The notes beneath the pieces are model-generated. The model did not search any database. It saw only the letters and a list, made by a program, of their open reading frames with translations, and was not told the DNA's origin. The position numbers and the translations under genes are program-made. A DNA stretch of 64,000 nt from Lingula anatina (taxonomy: Eukaryota; Animalia; Brachiopoda), in contig CM120644.1 in assembly GCA_051362555.1 (NCBI GenBank), positions 12,112,567-12,176,566 on the forward strand. Reading direction: 5' to 3'. Shown here piece by piece: positions 38,671 to 50,800 of the stretch (the first letter of the stretch is position 1; every line of letters starts with the position of its first letter).

Positions 38671-41600
38671 ATCAGTGTATATTACAAAAATGTATGCTAT
38701 CCTAAGAACATACACTCATATAATTCAAATCATAGAATTGTGAAAATAGGGAATTTGTCCCCGTCCTCAACAAAACAATGTAAGGACAAATGGGTCACCA
38801 TGCTCAGAACACATACTGGTATAAGCCCAAGAAAAAAATCTGAAAGCACCATCAACATTAGTTTTAAGTGGTATCACACTGATTGCACTGTATTGCAAAT
38901 TCATTATTCCTCTGACGTGATGCAACTCAAAAAGAACCGATAGCTTCCAAGTACCTGTGCCAGCACAAATTTCCATAAATAGTCAGACATTGAAGGAAAA
39001 GGAAAAAACCTTGACAAGGACTAATATACCCTAGCCAAGCACTCAGTGGCAGGGCTTACAGCATTTCAAAAATCAATGAAGTGCTTAATCTTATTTTTTA
39101 GAGCTGTCTTTATTGTGATTATTCATTGACGTAGAACAGACTGGTTATATGAATATGCTTTCTCAAAATAATGCCAGTAATATCCAAAAAACAGTTTTTC
39201 AAACGTTTTCAATTATATACATACATGCATTATTGAGTAATTAAATACCAAGTTTTGAATGGACAAAACAAGCATTTATAGTATTCAAGATTTGTGAACA
39301 TATATAATACCAGAATTGAAATATTTTGTGCAAATGTGCCAATGCGTCTTTCAGGTAATCATGAAAACTATTAAATATATTTGAGGGTATGTCTTGAAGT
39401 AGCATGGGGTAAAGCAGCAGCAATCAAATGACTATTTCTGTGCTCCATTATAACATAATTAATTGTGTGATCCCTTCTGGAGCCAAAGAAACTATAAAAT
39501 TAAACTGAAAAGCTATGTAAACCACAGCTGTATGATACAATTCAAAGGCGTAACTAGTTTTCTTTTCCTTTTTTTTCAAAATGGGAACGTATTATCATTT
39601 TTGGGACATTTTTCTCAATATGCCATTTCATGTGCACATAACCACTGTTTTACAGTGTTGGTATCCTCCAACCAATGGAGGCAATGGGCAATTTGAATGC
39701 GGATGAATGGGGTGCTTTTTTTCCTTCATCCTTTGGCAAAACAAGCTTTCACAAGCACAAACGCTCCATCAACCTCACAGAGGCAATGGCATACAAACAG
39801 ACAAACATGCACGCATGCTCACGTCCGCAGTCTATAATGGTTGGGACGTGCCTTATGATCAAGTTTCCCAGTGATCAATGACTTGGCTTGCCGTTCTGAT
39901 CAAATTCATGGAAAGAATCCATCAATTCATTATTCTTCCCTCTTTGACCTTTCATACTGAGACCGTAACAAGAAATTTGAATAATGACAGTCTGTATTCT
40001 GTTTAGCTACTTATTCATATGGTCTTTGTAATGCAGAGGATGTGAAGATTCGGGTTAAAAAATACTTTGAAATCTAGACGTCAATTTGTCACGATTTTCA
40101 TGTAAGGATATTGGATCAGGATAACAAAAAGGAGAGAGGGCTTCTTTTATTGTTCTGCAATTTTCAACTCTCTTGTCAATTTTGCTTTGACATGGCCAAT
40201 ATTCAGTTGCAAGTTTTTTTTTTTTTTTTTCATTTTGATTTACAGACCAATTCTACATGTATTTTTCAGCCATTTTCTTTCTTCTGGCTGACAGACCATT
40301 CCCAGTTTGCAGTTATTTACTGCCCTATTTATTACCAATTCAATTTAACAGTCATTTCTCTTTAAATGGATAAGAACTCTTTGTATGAGATCCATATTTC
40401 ACAACAAATACATTGTAACCAACTCATAGAAATATAACAAATTTTGTTTTACAACCAAAATGGAGATCATCCCAATTATTCTAGAATCTGTGCTTACCAT
40501 AGGACCACCTGACCTCCAAAGACATTATTACAAAAAAAAACTTAAAAAGAAACATGGAATAACTTTGAATGTCGTAACAGATTCATTAACCACTAGTAAG
40601 TGTGGGAACATTGTCGTTTACTCCAAGAAAATCCAATTTTAGGCCAAAATGAATAATTGTTAGCCCTTTATAATTAACTTCTGGCTTACAGACCAATTAA
40701 CTTGACAATCACTAAAAACAATCTATTACCTGATATTGGTGAAACTGGTATTTCTTACACCAACTTCCTCAGCCACTGCATTCAGCAGATCATGTGCCTG
40801 GGCTTGGGTAAGACTAAAAGAAAAACAAGGCAGCAAAGCTGTCAAATGTACAGACAAAAAACAGGAAATAACTATGCACAAAATAGGCACTGTCAATTCT
40901 GATGCAAAAGTACATTATGTTGAACTGCAAATTCAACATTAAATTTTAATCATGCTCAACAGTTAATACCAATGTAAGTAAAATGTGTAACAAGCATAAG
41001 GCTTCAGGCCCATGGGAGTTCAAGTTCACACTTTGAAAATGTATAACTTCCAGAAAAAGAAGCCAATTAGACTACTTTTCCAACTCAGGCTGCATTTTAG
41101 CCATGTATTTCTTTTTTGAAAGTTTGGCAATCATAAATAACATGGTTTTCCCATAATGGTCATCATGGCAGCAGCACCCAAAATTGTGTTTTCTTCTATT
41201 CTGATGCAATATTACATAATGGTTAACAGCATAAAGACCGTCAACTTTCGAAAATAAAATAAACGTATCATGGATTTTCAGAAAATGTGACTAGCACAGG
41301 TCTTCGAGCATATCTTGTGAAAAATTAAATTTTCACAAAAAAAAACTGTTTAACTGGCAGTAAGAATTACCAAACAGACTGCATTGCCTACTGAAGCTGT
41401 ATTTTAGTCGCATGTTTCTTTCCTGCAAGTTTGAGAACAGTAAGTGACCTGGTTTTTCTTAAATGGTCATCATGGGAGCAGTGCCCAAAATAGTTTTTTT
41501 GATGCAATATTACATAACGTTTAACAGCATAATGACCATCAATTTTTAATAATAAAATATTAGTATCATGGATATTCAGAAAATGTGATATGGGAAGGTC

Positions 41601-44190
41601 TTCAGGCCCATGGAACTTCAAAGTCACAACTTGAAAATGCCAAAATGTAAACAAGACAGTACTGTTCTGAAATGTTTTTTTAAAACATAAAACAAAATTA
41701 ACAGTTTACTGCCATTTTTATATGACCAACTAAGAAAATTGATGAGATGGGAAAATATCAATAAGACAGTGTTATATGTCCAATTTCCTCCATTATGAGA
41801 TTCTGAACATAGTGGATGATTGAATCTGACAAACTGCAATGATATGTGTTTATTTCCATTTTTGACACTTTATTACACAATACACAATAAAAGGTTTACT
41901 ATCATTTTTACAAAATCAACTAACAATGTTGTAAAGATGCAGGAAATGCCAAACAAACACTTTTACGTATCTTATTAGTTAACTAATGAGACTGTTAACA
42001 TGTCTAAGAATTGAATGTGAGGAAATGTGAAAAAACAGCATAACTTCTAAAATAATGGACCGATTATGCTGATTTTCCAACTCAATCTTTGTTTTAGTAA
42101 GATTGGCCACTCCTATGAGTATTATGACAATTGGCCTATCTGTTTTTCACTTATCATGTTATCAGTGTTGCATATATGCTGAAAAAAGTGAAAAAAACAG
42201 CTTAACTTCCATAAAAGTGGTCCAATCATGCTGATTTTCAAACTCGACCTGTGTATTATGAATATTTATCAGTTCTGTAAGTTTCAAGCCAAAGGGTAAA
42301 ACAGCTTTTCATTTATTGTGTTATCAGTGTTGCAAAAATGCTGAAAAAAAGTGAAAAAATAGCCTAAATTCAGTAAAAATGACCCAATCATGCTGATTTT
42401 CAAACTTGACCTACGTATTATGAATATTCATCAGTTCGGTAAGTTTCAAGCCAAAAGGTTAAATGGTTTTCCATTTATGGTGTTATAGGTGCTGTATATA
42501 TGCTGAAAAAAGAGAAAAAATAGCCTAAATTTACTAAAAATGACCCAATCACGCTGATTTTCGAACTTGACCTGCGTATTATGAATATTCATCAGTTCTG
42601 TAAGTTTCAAGCCAAAAGGTAAAATGGTTTTCCATTTATGGTGTTATCGGTGCTGTATATATGCTGAAAAAAGAGAAAAATAGGCTAAATTCACTAAAAA
42701 TGACACAATCACGCTGATTTTCGAACTTGACCTGAGTATTATAAATATTCATCAGTTCTGTAAGTTTCAAGCCAAAAGGTAAAACGGTTTTCCACTTATC
42801 GTGTTATCGGTGCTGCATATATGCTGAAAAAAGTGAAAAAACAGCATAAATTCCCTATAAGTGACCCGATCATGCTGATTTTCGAACTTGACTTGCGTAT
42901 TATGAATATTCATCAGTTCTGTAAGTTTCAAGCCAAAAGAAAAAACAGTTTTCCACTTATCGTGTTATCGGTAAAAGTGCACGGCGACGACGGCAACGAC
43001 GGCGACGACGGCGACGGCGACGACAGACGCAGATGATGGCTATATGTACAGACACATCTGTGTCTGTACATAAAAAGTGAAAAAACAGCATAATTACCCT
43101 ATGAGTGACCCGATCGTGCTGATTTTCGAACTTGACCTGCGTATTATGAATATTCATCAGTTTCATAAGTTTCAAGCCAAAAGGTAAAACGGTTTTCCAC
43201 TTATCATGTTATCGGTGTTGCATATATGCTGAAAAAAGGGAAAAAACGGCGTAACTTCCCTAAAAATGACCTGATCATGCTGATTTTCGAACTTGACCTG
43301 CATATTATGAATATTCATCAGTTCTGTAAGTTTCAAGCCAAAAGCAAAAACGGTTTTCCACTTATCGTGTTATCGGTAAAAGTGCACGACGGCGACGACG
43401 GCGACGACGGCACCGACGGCGACGACGGCGACGACGACAGACGCAGATGATGGCTATATGTACAGACACATCTGTGTCTGTACATAAAAATATCAAAACA
43501 TTAGTCACAGTGACCAATTTATGTTAAAATTAAAAATATATATAAACATAAATGTATGTATCCCCCTTACAAAAACTGGTCTTGCATAGAATATGACTGG
43601 AAATAAACAAAACATCTTATCAATTAACATATCTGGACCACCCGCCATGTACCTTCAACAACTCTTACTACTCACATAAATACCACCAAATACCATTTTT
43701 GGGGAAAAAATTATGATGACAAAAGTCTTTTATCTCTCATCATTCAAGTATGCAAATGCAAGTGGTTGAACTAGGATATTCTAATACACTGAGCAAAAAT
43801 ATAAACGCCCTTCATGGGGCATTCATATTTTTGCATACAAAAGTAGGTAAAGGGCACCTCAATGTTGGCAAGCTTGGGAAGAGTGAGGTGACGTGGCATG
43901 TAACCCCTCCTCCCTTCTGGTATCGTACAGGACAATATCTGGCTGCTAGAATAATTCTTAGGCTATAGATTCACTAATCACCTCAAATAGGTGAAAATCA
44001 GAATTTCCTATCAGGATTCAAAGAATATGAAATCAAAGCAATTTCACAGCGGTAATAAGATGGCATTGCCAATTCCCCAGTGAGTATTTTTATGCTCGAG
44101 TACCTTCCTATCCACTTAGTCAGAGGGGCTGACGTGATTAAATGGGGATGGACTGTGTCCATTTACTGACCAATCTCTTTGCTTTGCACT

Positions 44191-44222
<32 letters not shown>

Positions 44223-44718
44223 CGTGCATGTGTGCACTCAGATATGGAAACTTCAAAGTAAGAAGTCTTTAAAAAAAAAATCAATCTTATCACTGCATTG
44301 TCATTATTCTCAACTTAAACAAAACCAATTTACAATAAGCTGGACTGACAGGATCGCCAAGTTTCAGTGACATTTCATTTTGTTCCACAGATAATATCCC
44401 GCTCTGAGGTATTAATCTTCAAGCTTAATCGGTATCCTTAATCTCCGGTATTCAAACACCTGCAGAGATTCCAATCATTGTTCCGTGACTTGGCTTAAAT
44501 CTTTTTTTTTTTTAAATCTTTTTTTTTCTTACTTACATAAAAAGGAGAATTGCATTCCTATGCATTACATTTCAAGCTCTTCCTCAACATCTTCAACAAT
44601 ATTTGTGATAATGTGTAATGTAGACTGATAAAGTTTGCACAAACACTCAAACACGTGCATATACATGCACAAACATACACAACACGTGCACAAACATACA
44701 TAACACTTGCACCCATGC

Positions 44719-44761
<43 letters not shown>

Positions 44762-45875
44762 CTCGCATAACATTCACCACCTAAAGATCACCTTAATTAA
44801 TAAAACTTTAATTTAGATGTTGATGTTTTAATTCACTCACGCATGATTGTAGTGAAATCGTTCCATTTCAGACTTTTCTGGTTCCATTCATCACGTCCAA
44901 AGGGCTATACATGTGTGAACAATGTGGTGTAAGTGGGTTGTAATGCATAATGGATGACTTCAATAACTTTGTCGTCTGCACAGTTAGAAAATGGAATGTC
45001 TGCCGAAGAAAAAACCCACTGTGAATATTCTTTTTTTTTTCAATAAAACATCAAGAAACCAGTGGAGCAAGTACATTTTGTTCCCTAGCTTTTTGTTCTG
45101 CCCCTTGCTGTTAACCACAAGAAGGCGCCAATGAAAGTTAAATCAGAATATTTCTACATGGAAAGGAATTATTAATATTGAAAGGAATAATGACAGGGAG
45201 AATCAACTGGGACAACATTCCAATAAAAGGATTTTTTTCTTTTTTCCAAAAAAAAAAAAAAAAAAGAAAAATAAATGGAAAAAATATTGCCTTCTTTGTA
45301 CCAAGAACAATTCTACCTCTAGTACTGCATACTGTTCTGGGTTGTAATATAAAGATATTTCACCGCAAATCTCCGTGCAATATAACCAAATAGCTTTGTC
45401 AGCTTTTAGACATTTCGATTTCTTAAAAGATTTCGAGTATAAAAACATCAAGCCAGCTGAAATGCCAACATTATATTTAATTTCCAACCCATATACTCAA
45501 TTATGCCTTCTCGAATTGTAGCAAATTTACCTTTCCAAGTACAATTTTCAAGTTGTATAAAATTCATGCAAGTTATATATTCATTTTTTTTTTTTCAATT
45601 TGCGAGGAGGATATGTAAAACCGTCTAGGAAAATGAATGTTGAAGTAAAAAAGGAAAAAATTTGTGGTAATAACTAGACCTTTTGAATGGGCAAAAATGA
45701 TCAAATTTTTAGATACATAATTTCATAAACATAAAAATTATATTTTTATATATCTCTATACAGAATAGAACTATATAGTAGCCTGCTTTTTCATTTTGTT
45801 GCTACCACTCAATAGGAATGTTCTAATTGTCAGAAATTATGACTTCAAAAGTACAATTTCTTTAAAATTCTCAAT

Positions 45876-45908
<33 letters not shown>

Positions 45909-47783
45909 ATTGAAAAAATCAAGTAATCACCGTAATACATAGGAAATTGAGTTGAGAGTAAGTGAAAGGTCTACAAATTTAGGTAACAAGCACTTGGACT
46001 TCATCATCTCACCAGTTTATTTAAGGAAGTATTTTGCACTTTTAAAAATTATGTTTATATACCTCAAGTTACCTGAAAACAAAAATTAATATTCTATAAA
46101 CATGGCCACAGAGTTGCAACAGAAAGGTTTATCAACATAGCAATTTGTACAGCATTATCCGTGATATGACATCTCCATGGTTACATATCTATTGTTTCAT
46201 GATAAAATTTACCACGCAAAAAAGGACTGTCCCTGTTGAATAAAACTCATTAGTTCAATCTTAGCCCACAGCTTAGGCCACCTTCAATTATTTCCAAATT
46301 GTTAGTCACGACAAGTAAACTCAGCTACGTAGTAAATCGCAAATCCAGGCAGAGGTTGCTATGTGTTAGCAAACTTCATAAAGTTTGTACAAAAATATTT
46401 TGAATTCCGAATTCCCCTTGATCTACTGGTAAATACATGTGTAACTATAAAATGCTTCTGTCACTTTAAAAGAAAATAAGACAAATTACAAAAAAATAAT
46501 TATAAGAAGACACGAATGCCAAAATATTTTCCTTTCTTTTTTTCATGACAAATAACATATTTTCCACATAAAGTCACGTGTTTCTGATGTGCAATTATAT
46601 CCCCTGGGGTGGCTCTTTCCCCAGATAAAGTCAAGCCATGGCTACAGTCTGGTGGATAGATTGATAAATCTTTCGACTGTCTGCTGGAATCTCTTCCCAG
46701 GGGGTAACATGTCGCTGATGGGAAGTGAAATATCTGTCTAACAGCAACACTTTTATAAATCACACTGTATCTTTCAGGGTCACTCAACACATCTTGTCTA
46801 TTAAATCTACTGGATGGTGAGTTGAGGTACATGCAGTTCCAGTATCCTCAGCTCAAAGACAAATCATTTCAGTATTAGCAGAGAGAAAATTCTATCATCA
46901 GCCAAGAAAATAGAATACATATACATTTACATTTAGGCAGGTGCTTTCTATCTAGGTGTTTCTGCTCATTGCCTTCCAGTTAAGATCTTTATGTTTGACC
47001 AAACATCTTTTGTCATGAAAAATGACCTTTAATGGACAAATGGATTCACCTATTAAGCCCATAGTCGCCAACCAAAAGTGAACTAAAAGTCAAGCTCTAG
47101 GGAAGGACCTTCAATTACCATTGTATCTTAATTTGCTTTCACACAGGTCAACAGCAGCAGCTTCTGAGATCAGTTTCATAAAGGAACATTAAAAAAAATT
47201 GTTGGTCTTTAAATTTTTAGAAATTTGGTTGAAGATATATGTGCAGCAGTTCTCTGCATAAGAGTTACCACTGGTTGATGACAATTTAACAGCCAGTTAT
47301 TATTATTTTTTCTATTTATTTATTTATTTATTTGAGGTCAGGTCCAATATTTAATTTTAGATTTAGCTTGCCTTCAAAAAGACTAAAAATCTGGTCAAAA
47401 AGTTGAAACCAATTCCCCTGGTGTTGTTGACACAGCCACGTTTCTACATCAGACCAATAAGAACATGCAATCACAGAATGTGCTCATGAATTTGTATAAC
47501 CCACCCCTCCCTTTCATATAGTGATTGTCCAAAAAGGAAATGGAAAGAATAGATGAGAGGAAGTTTCCACTGCACCTTGATGGATGCACTTATAATTTAC
47601 CAGCTGTCATGCACATCTATATTACATGGAGATCAAAAGTATAGCATTTCTTGCCCATTTTGTATCCTGTTACAAAAGTCAGCTAGGCCTTACAGAGACA
47701 AATGGCCCATTTCTAGACTATGAGAGTCAAAACAGATCATCAGTCTGAAGTATGTCCATATGCGTATGTGCACATATGCATGC

Positions 47784-47818
<35 letters not shown>

Positions 47819-50800
47819 CGCACACGCATATACTGCAAAGTCTGTCTGGTGATGGCCCAGCTTTGGCCCCATTATTCAAACCCATTAGTTTTCAGATATT
47901 ACATCAAAGTTTCTCAATTATCTATCCATAATTCATATTTCAAGTGCCGCATTAGCAGTGATGCTGCAGTTAAATTTAATAGTGACTTCTCACAGCTGAA
48001 GACTATAAGTAACCTTGGTAAAATCTCTTGGGGCTGGGGGAGACCCAAAAATATTTCATACTACAGTATTAGTCAGCTTGGCAGACCTCCATTTATAATC
48101 CAACCATGCCAGAAAGTAAATGTGACTTTTGGCACTTAAAAGGTATTGGGGATCAGATATGATAAAGATATCTGTATCAAAATAATAAATACAAATTACA
48201 TCATTTGAAAAAAAAAAGAAGCAATGCTTCTATTTAGATACTGTGCACATGTAATGCAGCTATTGTGTTGCTAGATCTAATCTTTACTTTTTGTAATCAA
48301 CACCCTTATTATCTAGGCATATTCCTTTGATTAATCATAATTATACAAAAAGAAGAATTTTATAAAATAATTAAGGTACAGATATGTCCTTTACCTTTTC
48401 TCGAAGGTAATGTTCACATAATTCTTCTTGACAGTGTCTTGACTTGAGGCAGCCAATTCAGTCTCAGAATTGGAGTCGGCACTGTTGATCGTCTTGGCTG
48501 GCAGATCGAAAATATATAACCAAAAGACATATATTACCAAAAGACATATATTACATTTTAATAACAAATCACCACTAATGGTAACTAACATTAATAACTT
48601 TAAGTAAATGGAACATGAAAAGAATAAACAAATATCTAAGTGTAACTCTTTGTTGCTTTACATAAAAATTTGTTACATTTATACAGAGAGTCTCAAATGA
48701 ATATGCCCAGCGGCAAATTTTTTCCAGGAAACAAATGAAATATTTTCGAAAAAACAACACAGTTCTTGGAGGAGTATTCTTTTGATCTTCTTGTAACCAT
48801 CCCATTTTATAAAAGGCACTTTGGAGATGATCAATTTGGTCAATTTTTCTAAAATCTCATAACTGTTCTAATAATAAGTCTTCCCCTAGTTTCCAAACAC
48901 ACCAGGATTCCTCGCAGATTCTTTTAAGCCAAAAGGCCAGGCAATTATTTCATGTTAGGTATGCTTAAAAAGTTCTTTGCTTTTTCTCATCCCCGGGGTT
49001 TCTAAATCAACAAAATTGCTTTCATGTCTTGATTTTCAATTTATTTTCAATCTAGAAAGTGAGTAATCATGTCTCTTTTTTGTCTTTCCATTCCATCACA
49101 TGGTAATGAGATTGAAGCGGGAATTGACAGACAGTGGAGTTGACCTTGCCACCATTCCCGTCTTTTGTTCCTTTTCAATTTCTTGATTATTTTCGCCTTT
49201 TCCTTCTGTCTTTTGCTCTCTGTCTTTTTCTCTTGATTCTGGTCTTCCTGCACTAGCTCAACAGACTGTGCCTTTAATTGTCTTCATCACTTCTTCAACT
49301 TATTTTAATCTGGCTACAATGTATGTGTCAGTCTTCCCTATGTTTCTGTCCGTCTGTCTACTGGTTGTTTATTTTTTATGTGTCAATCTTATTTATAATA
49401 GTATTGCTGTGTTTTTTTAATCTTTCTACCTTTTAACGACTTGATCTTCTCAATGGGGGGAGACTGTGAATATTTTGTGAATTGAAAAGATTGAGAAATT
49501 GCCATACATCATAGAAACAGATGAATGCACCAATGACCGCAAATGTAAGACATAGGGGCAAATTACTGGTAGAAAATGCTCCATTAAAAAATTCTGACTG
49601 CATACCCGTGCTACCTTTTTCTCATGCTGGTAATTTTTTAAAATTTTGTTTGTCTGAAATTCAGTCCCTATTTGCATCCAAATACAATGTCAAAATCTAA
49701 ATATTGTTTACAATGAGGTTTAACCATTTTAATTATGGCACACGGTTAGTCAAAATTATAAATGTGACTTTACAATGTATTTCATTGAAAAAATTTCCCC
49801 CTCCTCATTCACTGAGCCTTTAAAAACAAGATGGTCACAAATATTAGATTCTGCACCTGCAACATTGGCGCCCCTTGCTTCATAGCCTGGATAGTTCTTC
49901 TTCACTCCTGACTTTATGGAGACCGAGAAGATGGCTTCTGGGTTGGTTCTTGCCTGTTTTGGTAATTGCTCTTTGGAAAAAACTGCTGCAGGTGCTTGTC
50001 CATCCGTCACTCCTGCAAGTAATAACATGAGGACTGTTCATCAAGTCAAGACAATTTCAGAAATAATATGAAAGTAAAGTTTTATTTCAAATTGAGATTT
50101 ATTACCATCACCCTGTACTATGAAGTCAGATAATTAAGTCACCATAACTAAGGCGGACAATGGAGTTTTAAGTTGCCTTCACAATGAAACTATCATACAA
50201 GGTAGATAGATCCAACTCTGCAGGGGTCCTCACTGATTGCAATTAAATTAACTGAATGACATCCTATTCGAGCAGCTAGAGGGTCAATCAACTTAGGGAG
50301 AATTCCCTGGGAAATGGATCGATCCCACTAGATCGATCAAGGTATGGGAATGGGGTGTAAGTCGAATCGGAGCTAAATGGTTTTCATAAAAGCAGCTCTG
50401 ATCTGGAACAAAATTTATCTGCAACAAATGTCAGTAAACTGTTTTATTGATCTTTGAGTTAGTTGTTCTTGAAATTATTGGCTTTATTCACCCATGAGAC
50501 AATTTGTCACAAAGACATTTGCCTGTAGGTATATGCACAAACAAAAGCTCTTTTGAATAATGGAAATAGCAATCACTGAATCTTATTTTAGACAGTGCAT
50601 GATGAAAATAATCAAATCAAATCAGCTTTCTTATTTGTCTCATAACAGAGCCCTGCATATAATGAGGTAAAATGAAATGCGTCAGAAAAAGCAGTGATCT
50701 AAATTTAAAAATGTGATGCAACAGTAGTGCTTAGCATTTCACCAGATTGCGTTAGTTGTCCTGCTATGAGCAGTGCACAATACTGTGGTGGCACAACCAT

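Noticed and set aside
42821-43450. Paired ORFs ending in DDGDD-rich tails, and duplicated ORFs at 27951/54478, 30166/55787 and 30290/55911
   Set aside because: These are translations of satellite and microsatellite parts of repeated non-autonomous elements, with no domain features.
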